Shown here: positions 41,771 to 54,129 of the stretch, piece by piece
How positions within the stretch are numbered: position 1 is the first letter of the stretch
Layout: each line of letters opens with the position of its first letter
Source: the human T2T-CHM13v2.0 reference genome, Homo sapiens
Assembly (NCBI RefSeq): GCF_009914755.1
Contig: NC_060927.1
Length of the DNA stretch: 64,000 nt
Reading direction: 5' to 3' (one strand)
Program-made: the position numbers and the translations under genes
Notes under the pieces: model-generated
What the model was told of the DNA's origin: nothing
The model's database searches: none
Seen by the model: only the letters and a program-made list of their open reading frames with translations

Positions 41771-43039
41771 CGGTGAGTTTTAATAATATGTATGCGAATA
41801 TATTTAGTATATTAGTACACTTTTATTATTTATCCTTTAATAAACATGGATTGGTACATTTTCATTCCTTGTCCTTTAATAAATATTGTATCAACATGGA
41901 TGTTACTTGGAGAACTCCTACTCATAGTGACATCCATGACCAGGTAACACAAGGGTGTTACATGGATGTTACTCCTAGTTGAGTCCCAACCCATGTCCAC
42001 GTAACACATGGACTCAACTAAGTGTTCATTTAACAATTAGCTCATACTCATTTAAGTAGTTTGACCTTGTTTCAGGTGCAGTGTGTGTTTCTAGCTCCTG
42101 TGGTACTACATATTCCTGCATTTAATTGGTAGATGTGAAATAAACAAAAATAGCACAGTAAATACAGAAAGAATCGAACTTAAGTCATTATATGACCACT
42201 TGAGGTTTTTATTTGTGTTTTAAACTTAAAACAGTGACATAGGGTGCAGACTTCAAGGTATAATATTTTTGTTTCATAAGTACAAATTTTAGTTCATACG
42301 TGACATATTTTACTGAATTTTAATATCTTTAAAGTAGAATTCTTTTTTCTCATTGAAGCTCAGAATTCAAAGCTAAAAAATAGAATTTTATTCAAGTTAA
42401 GCTTGGAAAGAGTTTTAGTTTTATTTTAAAACTAAAAAGCAAAATCAGAAAATACCAATGATTGCTGTTATTGCATTATACACTTATTACTGAACATAAA
42501 TCCATTCTGTAGAGGAGAGTAGCATTAAAAATCACCTGTTCCAGATGTCAGATATGCTAGGCCTGCCACTGTGTATGAACTTGTACAAGATGACCAAGTT
42601 ATTTAGGGAATATTTCTTGCATTGAGTAAGCTTAAATTGACAGAAGAAAATGGAAACAGATTGGCAGAGTGGAAGGAATTCCTGGCTAAGTTACATGTTT
42701 AGGTTAGCAGTTCAGAGTCATGAATTACTTGGGTATATCAAGACTGAATGAGAAGTGGAAATTTGGGGAGTTTGAATAAGAGGGTAAACCTGGGCCTAGG
42801 TCTGGAGTAGGAAGCAATTTGAGATTCCCAAACAAGACAGCAGCTTTGGTAGGGGAGAGCTGGAGTTTCACCATTTTGGCAGCAACACACAGCATGAGTG
42901 GGAACAACAGAAGACCACAATGAAAGGCGAATTATAAGGTTGGTCAATAGTTTCAGGCATTAGCTAATGACATTCTCCTTGAGGGTAGCAGTTATGGAGA
43001 AGGAACAAATCAAAGAGATCTTATAAACAACATAGCAAA

Positions 43040-43935
43040 GATGTCTATTTTTCCCTAAGCTGACTATAAGTTTAATGCAATTCTTATCAAAATCCCAGCA
43101 AGGTTTTTTTTGTAGATATAGATTAAAAGCTTATTCTAAAAAGGCCCTAAAATAGCTAGAACAGTCTTGAAAAAGAAAGATAAAGTGGGAAGAATCACTC
43201 TACCCAGTATTGAGGCCTAGTATATAGCTACAGTACAAAGGTGGTGTCCTATTAGCAGAAGAACACATAGATCAAAGTAACAGAATAGAGAATCCATTAA
43301 CTCCCTCCGACCCGCCGCATCTCCGACCCCACACAAGTACAACCAACCAACTTTTGACAGAGTTGGAGAAGCAATGCAATGAACGAAAAAGAGCATTTCC
43401 AAAAAATAGTGCTGGAACAACTAGACATTCCTAGGCCAAAAAAAATGAACCTTAATGTACACTTTACACCTTATATAAAAGTTAGCTCAAAAGAGATCAC
43501 AGACTTAAATATAAAATGCAAGACTATAAAACTGTTAGAAAAAAAAATTAAGGAAAATCCTTGGAATCTGGGCCCAAGCAAAGAGTTCTTAGACTTGACA
43601 CCAAAAGCATGACCCACAAAGGGAAAAATTGATCAACTGGACCTCATCAATGTTAAAAATGCACTCTGCAAAAGACCTTGTTAAGAAGTGAAACAATCAG
43701 ATATCGAGAGGAAGAAAATAGGTGCAAACTGCACATCCAACAAAGCACTAGTATATGGAATATATTTAAAAACTTTCAAACCTCAGCAGTAAAAAACAAA
43801 TAATCTAATTAGAAAATGTGCAAGACATAAGCAGACATTTTATCAAAGAAGATAGACAAATGGTAAGCACACAAAAAGATGTTCATCATCATCAGCCACT
43901 AGGGAAATGCAAATTAAAACCACAATGAGACACAT
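43040..43935 (+). mobile_element. Degraded L1M ORF2 fragment
   Basis: Residual ORF2-like translation (ITDLNIKCKTIKLLE; GKEFLD-like) and GGGAAATGCAAATTAAAACCACAATGAGA. Confidence 0.85.
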
Positions 43936-45538
43936 GTCATTTGGTCATTTCTAATTTGGCTGGGCCACACATTTATGGCACACATGAAGGGTCTAGTGTC
44001 TAGAAATTAATAATTTATCCAGTAAAAGAGCTTAGCTGATGCCAATGGCTGTCTCTTAAAGTGACTTGTTCCCTTCTCGTTTTGTCATCAAGTGTTCTAA
44101 TGGTATTCCTAAATTTGAAGATCCACAAACGTCTCCAGAGGTAGCTCTCCCAAATGCCACATCTAAGTCCAGCAGGATTTAGTGACCAATTAGATATAGG
44201 AGTAGCTCAAGTGTCTTTGAAAATTAGCACCCTTTGACCTTATGTGGGGCAGAGCCTGGGCCACTTGCCAGCTGTGTGATGTGACAAGACACGTATTTCT
44301 TTGAGATTCAGTTTCCTCCTCTTAAAAGGAGAATGACAGTTCTTCCCTTACAAGGTCTTGTAAGAATTAGATCAAACACCATGGATATGAGGTACCCAGC
44401 CTAGTGCGCAGTGTGGCCGTGGGTGCCGTTTCCATACACAAGCCAAGGCTGCAGTCTCCAGGAAAGATTTAAGTGAGTCTCTTTCCGGAGTGATTTAATT
44501 TTGTTGACCATGTGGCTGAGAATATCTGAAAAAAATCCCAAATCTATTATTCTGCCTTGCTCTTCTCTTAAGTATGTTAATGTTTTTCCGAACACATATC
44601 TTGTTTTTTTCAAAACACAAGATCACTTTAACTATACCCGATTTCTTCCCGTGGTCATTCAGCTGGCCAGAGGAGCTGAGCAAATGCCTGCATGAGCTTT
44701 CCTTCAGTGTGTGCATGGGAAACATCATGGGATTTTTTTTCTCACCCAGCGGAGCCTGTACAGAGAAGGTACTCATAAATATTTGCTGAATGAAAAAAAT
44801 GAATGAGTCTTGATGCTATAGAGGAGTTGGGAGTCAGGAGTCCCCATATATTCTCTTAGCCAGGAGGATATTTGGAGTCAAGGACAGCAGATAGTCAGGG
44901 AGGTAGGGCACATAGTTTAGTCTAGGTAGAGTTAGACAGATGGTCCTAAAGGGGTGGGGAGGAGAGGGTGCATCCAACTGAGGAAGCCTGGAAAAGCTTC
45001 AGTGAGGACATGACATTCATGGTTGTCTTAAGCTGGCGTTGCTGTTGCTGATGATAATAATAACAGCAAACTAGTATGTAACACTTTTTATGTCAGGCAC
45101 TGTTCTAAGTGCTTTCCACAGGTTAACTCATTTAATCTGCTCAGCAACTCTGTGAGGGAATTACTATTATTCTCCTAATTTAACAGATGGGGAAGCTAAG
45201 GCACCAAGAGGTTAAGAAATTTGCTCAAGGTCACATAGCTTGTAAGAAGAAAATCTCCCCAAAATTAGCGTTATGAACCCTTGAAATATGGTTCTAGGGA
45301 AGCCAAGGGAGTTCCATCTGCTCTGATAACAGTATGACTCCTATCTTCTTAAATATATATCTATAAACATGAGTAGTTGGACTTCACAGGGCTACTATAT
45401 ATACTCTTGTTGCACACTTAGAATGGTCGTAGTAACTGGCAGTAAAAAATGCATCACTGATACTATGTAACAACCAAAAATCTGTGTGTAAGACATTCCT
45501 GCTACCTCTCAGGGGTCTGCCAGACATCCTCTCACTTT

Positions 45539-45654
45539 TTTTTTTTTTTAATATGGAACGCTTCGTGAAATTTCATGTCATCCTTGCGCAGGAGCCATGC
45601 TAATCTTCTCTGTATGGTTCCAATTTTAGTATATGCGCTGCCCAAGTGAGCACG
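45539..45654 (-). pseudogene. Retrotransposed U6 snRNA pseudogene (RNU6-P type)
   Basis: Minus strand reads GTGCTCACTTGGGCAGCGCATATACTAAAATTGGAACCATACAGAGAAGATTAGCATGGCTCCTGCGCAAGGATGAC...AAGCGTTCCATATT plus poly(A); TSD CCTCTCACTTT at 45528-45538 and 45655-45665. Confidence 0.95.
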
Positions 45655-46380
45655 CCTCTCACTTTCTGACATGAGACTTAGAAGTTCTGGGCACTCCTAA
45701 AATGTTGATCAAAATCATAGCAGACCACAGGTCACAGCTTGTACCTAACCTGGTCCCCACCACTTTTTTATTAAGATCATGGTTGTTTTACTTGTTCATA
45801 TTCATGGCCATATTCCTCAAAGTAGAGTCCCTCTCTGTTTCACAACCTGCTGTCCTGTGACTGTGTGTGTGTTTGTGTAACAGAATGTGTGTTATGGTTG
45901 TGTGAGCTTTGAAAGAGCAGTTATAACCTAGGCCCCCCGATGATTTTTTGTTAATGAGCCCTGCATCCTCATCCAGCTCTAGCAATGCTTTGCTAAAAAC
46001 AGACTGAGGTCATTCATGTGTAAATGGAAATACACCAAGAAAAAAATTAATACCAAATGTACATCAAGATCAAAAGAAAAAATAAATTTCTCAATGGAAT
46101 ACTCAGGGCTATGCAGAGACCATTGGTTACTCTTGCTTCACATATAACTGAAAGTCAGAGCATGTTTCAGTAAGGTTCTTAAAAAGGCTGGGACCAACCA
46201 GAGGCTGTGATTTGAGAATCCCACAAGGATGACTGCCCCCAAAACTGGCTGGATCCTGAATTACACAGGGAATATGTACCACCAAAAACTGTAATAAATG
46301 CCAAAAAAATAAGTAAGAGCCTCAAGGCCTGTGGAACTCAGGGCCTAGAACCAAAACATTTTCATTTAAAGACAAATACA

Positions 46381-46680
<300 letters not shown>

Positions 46681-47791
46681 AGGACAAATACACACAATGT
46701 TACAATGAAATTAGCATCCATGAACTATTTGATCACAAATTATAATTTGATGAATTTTTCAAAATCAAAAATATATAAACATGTCAGAACAAATCATTCT
46801 CCTGATTATCATTGACAGGTGAGTCTACAGAAATAAATGTAGACCTTAGAATGACACATTCATTTGTACATTCAATCATGCATTCATCCAGGGAGTATTT
46901 ATTGAGCTCCTAGTAGGTGCCAGGGGGAACTCTGAAAAAAGAGCAGTATAGAAAGCTGGTTAAGAGTGGGGTTGGGAGTCAGAGAGACTGGGCTTAAATA
47001 CCTGCCCCACCACTTTACAAACTGAATGATGTTCAGCAAGGGAGTAAACTTCCCTCAGCCCCTAATTTCTCAACTGTAAAATGAGGACTGTTAAACTTGC
47101 CTTGCAAGGTTGGATTGGATGAAGTAATATATGTGACATGCTTAGCCCAGTGCCTGGCCCACAGTAAATGTTTGAGGAAAAGGGAGGAGCCAGGGGAGGT
47201 GGTACTCTAACAATTCATACTTCCTAAACTCAGAGATATCCTGGCATCTTCCTCTTCGCTTTTCCAGAAGAGTGCTCCAAAGGTACATCCCCCTGCCCCA
47301 GCCCATCCACATATTCATACCATCAAAAATGTGGCTGGTAGTCAAGGAGCAGAGCCACCAGGAGGTTCATGCAGAGGCAATCTTAGAAGACAAAGACACC
47401 TATGGGAAGGGAAAACCTGATGAGGATTTCAAGGCTGGCTTCTTCCTTGCTCTCCCTTTTCTCCCTGAGGCCAGGTGAGAAAACAGCTCCCCCTTATCTC
47501 TGTAGGACGAGGAGCTCAGGGACACTCCTGTACATCTAGAAGCCTTTTAACCCAATGGGAAGTTTGGCTCCCTGACACACTGACATCTGCTGCTGCCCAT
47601 CTTTTCTCAGTTCCTCCTCCTGGTGGAAGAAGCTAAATCACAAGAGGTGTCCCACGAGTAGGCCTAAGGTTGGCCCTGGAGGGCAAATAGGAGTCAGAGA
47701 AAGATTTGTGGTTGTGGCTGTGTGAGTGTGATACTGAGAGGGAGCACTGCTGCTGGCCGGGGGCGCAAAGAGTGGGAAAGGAACTCAGAGA

Positions 47792-47980
47792 CAGAGTTGC
47801 CACATTCAGCAGATAAAAATATTAGACGCTGGACTAAAATTTGAATTTCAGATAAACAACAAATCATGTTTTAATCTATGTCCCATGCAATACTGGGGGC
47901 ATACTGATACAAGAAATTATTCATTATTTATCCGAAATTCAAATTTAACTGGATGTTCTGTATTTTATCTGTCAACTCTA
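47792..47980. mobile_element. MER53 palindromic MITE
   Basis: AGAGTTGCCA..AATTTGAATTTCAGATAAAC / TTTATCCGAAATTCAAATTT..GTCAACTCT inverted arms. Confidence 0.8.
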
Positions 47981-48341
47981 ATCAGAAAGGGAAGGAGGAG
48001 AACATCCACCATTTTCCCCGTGTTTCCGTCTGAAACCAGATAGGACACAGTATCTCTGAAGAGTCCACCCATTCTGCAAGTACACCCTCATATGGCTGAA
48101 GCCTGTATCCCAGTCTCTTTGAGGAGACATTGAGTCAAAGTCCCCACTGTGCAGGGCATGGTGCTGGGTGCTAGGAATACAGAGGTGTACAACAGCCCCT
48201 CACTTAAGGACCCACTCACTAATGGAGGACCAAAGCCCAATGGGACAGTAATCACAATTAAAATAACAATAGCAATTGTTAATATTTATTGAGAGCTTAT
48301 TGGGCCACTGTTCCAAGCACTTCATAGATTATTTTATCTAT

Positions 48342-48515
48342 GTTTTGGTTTGTTTTATTTGTTTGTTTGTTTTGTTCTGTTGCCCAGGCTGGAGTACAGT
48401 GGCGTGATCATGGCTCACGGCAGCCTCAACCTCCCCCCATCTCAGGTGATCCTCCCACCTCAGCCTCCCAAGTAGCTGAGACCACAAGCATGTACAACCA
48501 CCCTGGCTAATTTTT
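48342..48515 (-). mobile_element. Alu monomer (FRAM/AluJ right arm) within a MIR
   Basis: GCCCAGGCTGGAGTACAGTGGCGTGATCATGGCTCAC..CTGGCTAATTTTT. Confidence 0.82.
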
Positions 48516-48687
48516 ACCACCCTATGAGGTAGATTGTATTATTAGCTTCAGTTTTCAAATAAAGAAACTGAACCTGGTAGGTTAGGTAACCAACCATAGT
48601 TTTTTTACCCGAATTGAGATGTGTTTTGTTTATTTTTATTTCTAAGAGAAATTTCACTGCTGGTGGGATTTTTTTTTGCTGGTGGGA

Positions 48688-48998
48688 TTTTTTTTTTCTT
48701 TTTTCTTTTTTTTTGAGGCAGAGTCTTTGCTCTGTCGCCCAGGCTGGAGTGCAGTGGCACAATCTCGGCTCACTACAAGCTCTGCCTCCCGGGTTCACGC
48801 CATTCTCTTGCTTCAGCCTCCTGAGTAACTGGGACTACAGGTGCCTGCCACCATGCCCGGCTAATTTTTTTGTATTTTTTAGTAGAGATGGGGATTCACC
48901 ATGTTAGCCAGGATGGTCTCGATCTCCTGACCTCGTGATCCACCCACCTCGGCCTCCCAAAGTGCTAGGATTATAGGCGTGTGCCACCACGCCCGGCC
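48688..48998 (-). mobile_element. AluSc/Y-like
   Basis: Full reverse Alu; TSD GGTGGGATTT. Confidence 0.92.
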
Positions 48999-51695
48999 CG
49001 GTGGGATTTAAAAAAAATTTTTTTAGAGATGTGTATTTAAGTGAAAGCGAGCACAATCCGTAACTACACAGAGCAGCAGGTGTCCTCTGGAGCTGCCCCA
49101 GCACACTGGGGTTATGGCATTCTACTTACAGGAGGCATGCCTGGTCTCAGTGGTAGAAAGTGGCAGTGGGAGGCTTTGAACCGAGGCAGAATGGCTCCAG
49201 AACTCATGCCCTTAATCAGGAACAGTAAGAGAGGAGACTGATCAACAGGCACTTCCTCCCATTGGATGCTAAGCTCCTGGGGATGGGGCCTCCTGTTTTG
49301 CTTCCCACTGTGTCCTTGGAACCTAGCACCCAGCACCCAGTACCCAAGCATAGCGTGGGTGCCAAAAAGCACTTGATGAGCAAAGGAAGCTGGGAAGCCT
49401 TTATGGAGAGGGTAGAATATGAGCAGAGCTTGAATAATGGAGCGGACCTGGACAGGGACCCCTTTCTCTTCCTGGCTCTGTCCCTCTTCCCAGGTGCTTG
49501 AGGCAGGATCAGTGAGAGAGGGCCATTCAATGAGCTCTGTACATGACTGCAAACCAAATCTCTGGGACATAAAAAGGTGACACCTATTCTAGAAACTAAG
49601 TCATGACGGGCTCTGTTAGCCCTGACTTGAACTCTTTTACATGGACACTCAGATGCTCACTGCCTGTCCTCTCCAGTGCAGATCCTATAGATTTAGAATC
49701 CGTCACATCTCCTGCATCCTGACCAGTTGACTGCCCTCTATTGGGTCCTGTAGCACCAGTGGTACTGTCTTCTGGATGAGCTGACCCCCAGGGAAGTCTC
49801 CTCAACTTCCATCTCCTTAACCAGCTCAGGACTGCTTTCCTCTGTGTTCCCACCAGGGGCCCTAGCCTGAGGCTACCCACTCCCAGCAGCTCTGACTGCA
49901 CCCACAAAGCCTGCTACTTCCATCTCTTCAGTGAATTTAAGCCTGCAACAATCTACTGCAAGCCTACACCCTCTTTAAACAGGAATCATGAGATCTTTAG
50001 AACAATAAACAAACCCCTCCTTCTTGCTGAGGATCAGCTACTCGCTATTTAAGAAGAGAAAGCAAATTTATAGAAGGGGAGAGACAGCCTCTGGCAGCTG
50101 GCTGTCCCCTCTCTCCAGAAAGATATCATTAAACCCAGTGACTCCTGCCTGACAGCTGTAGAATGAACAAGGAAGGGTTCTCTCTGGCATTTTTGTTCCA
50201 CCCATGATTTAACTGCATGTAATTGAACTAACTAGACTGTAAACTGAGGTTATGGGCAGTGTCTTATAAGTATAAGCTACTTCTTTGAATCCCAAAAGTC
50301 TAGCACAATGTTTGACTTGTGGGAATCCAATAAACATAATTAATTTGAGCTGACTGCTAAGGGTGTGTCTAAGCTTAAATATTCTAAATTACTTCTGACA
50401 CCAAAGTGCTAGTTAGTCTGGGGCAGAAAGAAGCCCAGGTACTTAAGCCCTAATCCTGAAAATCAGAGAAAAAAGGAAATCTTAATCACTTTTCAAATCA
50501 CTCTGGTCCCCTTGTCTCAGTCTCTTTCCAACTCTAGGGCTTTGCTGCTGTCAAGCTGGGTGACCTTGGATAGGTCCCTAAACTTCGTGGGTTCTTAATT
50601 TCCTGGTGCTGAATCAGGCAGGTTCAATACAATGATCTGACGGTCTCTTCCAACTCTGACATTCCAGAATTCTGGTTGACAAAAAAGTGGAGAGCAGGGA
50701 TAGAGTATGGAGTGAATACTTGGGGGCCGGGATGGTGTTGCTGGGAAGGAGAAAATAAATATAGATCTGGGAAGAGACAAAAAGCACTACAGACTAGGGT
50801 ACACTTTGTCATCCCTTCAAAGGCTCACTGTGCGCTCACTAAGATGGTGTCATCTGTCACATCCTACATGGTGTCCAGCTGATGCCCATGCACCTGGGCC
50901 CAGCCTTTTCTTCCACTCATTCCTCTATGTATGTGCTCTGCCTTCTTCCTGGCACTGCTTAAGGGACAAGGAAATTACCGGACTATAAACTGTGGCCAAG
51001 GGCAGTGTCTTGTAAGTTGAGTAAGACAGACATAGCTCTGCATACAGTTTACAGAATAGAGGAAAGGCAGATGTTTTAAAACAAAACAACTCAATTAAGT
51101 ATTAATAGCGAACCCATTGATTTAAGACTGTATCAGGTATTCCCTACTCTTGGAAATCAGGGAAGGCTTCCCAGAGGAGGTGACCAGGAGATGGGTCACC
51201 CCATGCCTGGATCACTTCCCAGAGGGTCTTTCTGTCTCTACATGATCCTGACAGAGCTTTTAAAACACCAGTGTCTTCATGGAAGCTTTACGGTGGCCTC
51301 CTTGGGTACAAGCTCAAGTAGAGATTCAGTCTCCATTTGAACCCTCTTCCTGGCTGTTGCTCCCAGGACAGGCTGTTGTCCTTGGGTACCCAGAGTGCCC
51401 TGGATATATCTCTGACACCTTCTGTGTACCCAAGAAAAGGGATTAGAATATGAGCCTTACCTTGTGAAAGCTCACTATCCCTGGGCTACTCTTGAATCAG
51501 ATCTGACCACTGACATTTTCAGTAGCAAACAACTGAAAATTCTAATTCTGAAGCTCTTAAAGGGTGAGGAGAGAAAAAGTTAGAAATTAAAAGCAAAAGA
51601 GATCTGTTTGATATTCAGATTCTCTAATTCTAGGAATAAGAGTGTCTGTATGATAAACTAGCATTCTCTTTGCTAGTTGTCTGTGTCTTTTATAT

Positions 51696-52117
51696 CAGGG
51701 GTGCCCAAGCCCTAGGTTACAAACCAACACCTGTCCGTGACCTGTTAGGAACTGGGCTACACAGCAGGAGGTGACTGGCGGGCGAGCCAGCAAAGCTGAG
51801 CTCCACCTCCTGTCAGATCAGTGGCATTAGATTTTTGTAGGAGCCTGAACACAATCATGAACTGCACAGGCAATGGATCTAGGTTGCAGGCTCCTTGTGA
51901 GAATCTAATGCCTGATGATCTGTCACTGCATATATTACATGTAATAACATATACATATATTTACATTACATATTACAATGTAATAATAATAGAAATAAAG
52001 TACACAATAAAGGTAATGTGCTTCAATCATCGCAAAACCATCCCCCTGACCCTGGTCCATGGAAAAATTGTCTTCCACGAAACCGGTCCCCGGTGCCAAA
52101 AAGGTCTGGGACCACTG
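51696..52117 (+). mobile_element. MER1A (hAT-Charlie)
   Basis: CAGGGGTGCCCAA..CAGCAGGAGGTGA..ATAATAATAGAAATAAAG..GGGACCACTG. Confidence 0.82.
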
Positions 52118-52218
52118 CTGTATATATTATTTATGACTGCCTCCTCCTATAAGGAGGTGCCCACATATTTGACAGTAATCCTTCGTATCATCTTCACATT
52201 GAGCCTTAATCCTAAAAA

Positions 52219-52557
52219 GAGTTGTCTCCTGGTACTCAAGGGGAATTGGTTCCAGGACCCCCATGGATACCAAAATCTATGGATTGTCAAGATCTTGATA
52301 TAAAACGGTGTAGTATTTGCATGTAATCTATGCACATCCTCTCGTATACTTTAAATCATCTCTAGATTACTTATATCTAATACAACATAAATGCTATGTA
52401 AATAGTTGTTACACTGTATTGTTTAGGGAATAATGACAAGAGAAAAAGCCTGTACGTGTTCAGTACACACACAGCCATCCTTTTTTTTCTGAATATTTTC
52501 AATCCTCAGTTGGCTGAATCCAAGGATGCAGAACCCACAAATATGGGTGTCTGACTG
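52219..52557 (+). mobile_element. MER2 (TcMar-Tigger)
   Basis: GGGAATTGGTTCCAGGACCCCCATGGATACCAAAATC..GGATGCAGAACCCAC..CTGACTGTA. Confidence 0.82.
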
Positions 52558-54119
52558 TATATCTGGTGAAAATTACTTCTAAAGACAGTGCTGAGAGCAG
52601 AGGTATAACAACTGTGAGTGAGAAGAGGAGTAAGCAGGTTTGGATAATTGCAATATCTGGCCTCTGAAATGAATGCTGGTTCCCCATAGGAGGCATTTCA
52701 GAGAATACTAAGTAATTTTTGAGCTGCAAAACTTCAGGATAAAAGCTTGAATATCATCACCCCTTGCTGTTTTAACAAACCACAAATTGCTACTATTTTT
52801 TGCCTGATTTTATATAAGGAATAATATATTATCTATAAAGGTAAAAGTGTAGTCTCTCTGCAGAAAGCATATCTTTTTGTTGGGATCTGTCAGAGATATG
52901 GAGAGAAAATTGAGGAAGAGGCCAATGTGAGTCTCTAAAATACTTTACATCTTATCCCTCAAGTATGTTCCCTGGAGCAAAACAGAAGCTCATAGAAATT
53001 CAGATATCTTGATTTGCACCATAAAATAGTGTCCAGAAACCTAGACACTGCAGCAGAGCTTGGTGTCCCATTTTTGGTGAGTTATTCTATTTGAGGTTAC
53101 AGTAAAAGCCCTAGGGAGGACTTCTCTGGGCTGGGTTCTGAAGAACGCAGGAGAGAAGCATCTCCTGGGGACAATTTACATCCTGGACGGAGAATGCAAA
53201 GGCAGAAGGGGTGTTCTGAAGAGAACTGTGAGGAGTTTACCTGATTAGAGAGGGTGATGTTGGGGGAGGGATCACGAAGAACTTAGCATTCCTTGCTATA
53301 GACAAACAATTAGATCTGTGTTTTCAAAAGCTCATTGGAGCAGCTGGCAGGCAGCTGGATTGAAGAGATTCCTGGAGTCCTGATAACAATGGGCTGTCCC
53401 TCCTCCCTGACCTCTTCAATTGCCCCATGAGCCGCTCCCAAATTTAACAAACTATTTAAAGAAGATCTCCAAGTGTAGTCCTGAGAATTTGCAGGGGAAT
53501 CTCCTGGAGTCTGCACTCTTCTTAAGCTCCTGGGAGGCCCTTTTGCTCAGAAATATATGAGAACCTCCAGGAGAATGCTTTCTGGGCAGGCTTCCCTGCT
53601 TCCATTTCCACTATTGAGAATGGTCATCTATTCAAGCCCTGAGTCTTGTGGTAAATTTTCTTTACATAGATGGATAATCTTAAAGCATGAACACCAAAGA
53701 GATTTCAGTGCTAATAGAAGGGGATGAGATTTGGTGATTTTTTTTCTTTTGCTCATCTTTATTTTTAACTTGCACTACTTGTAGAATAAGAAAACTGTTA
53801 ACTAAAATAAATGTAATGAGCACTCTGCATTTGCAAACACTGAACAAGCTCATGGAAGAAATGAATTGCCTGAAAAGGGTTACAAACTGCAGGGAAGTGC
53901 CGTTGTTTTCAGCAGGAAAGAGAGGCCTGGTAACAACAGGAAGCGCTGGGAGGCCTCAGTACCAAGGCTTCCAAGCAAAGCGGTTCTGGAAACAATGGCT
54001 GCCTGTGGCTCGGGAATATTGGGCAGGAAATGAAAGGATGCTGGTGTGGGGGCTGGGGCACAGCGAGGAACTGATAAGCTTTACCTGGCTGTTCTTCACA
54101 TAGTCGTAGCTGGCCCAAG

Positions 54120-54129
54120 ATGACGTCAT
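54120..54129. promoter_or_regulatory. Perfect CRE/ATF palindrome ATGACGTCAT in a CpG-retaining patch
   Basis: Exact 10-bp palindrome; about 10 CpGs within 53890-54210. Confidence 0.45.

Larger units (their letters stand above)
40128..42571 (+). mobile_element. MER97-like hAT-Tip100 DNA transposon split by nested L1 and LTR12
   Basis: Left part ..TTTTGTTGGTCTAAGTTCTAAACAATTGCTGC (to ~40343) resumes as TGAGTTTTAATAATAT at ~41774 and ends ..ATGCTAGGCCTGCCACTG. Confidence 0.65.

Noticed and set aside
45539-45654. Functional U6 snRNA gene
   Set aside because: Several substitutions, an added poly(A) and a TSD, and no evident upstream PSE/TATA promoter: a retrocopy.
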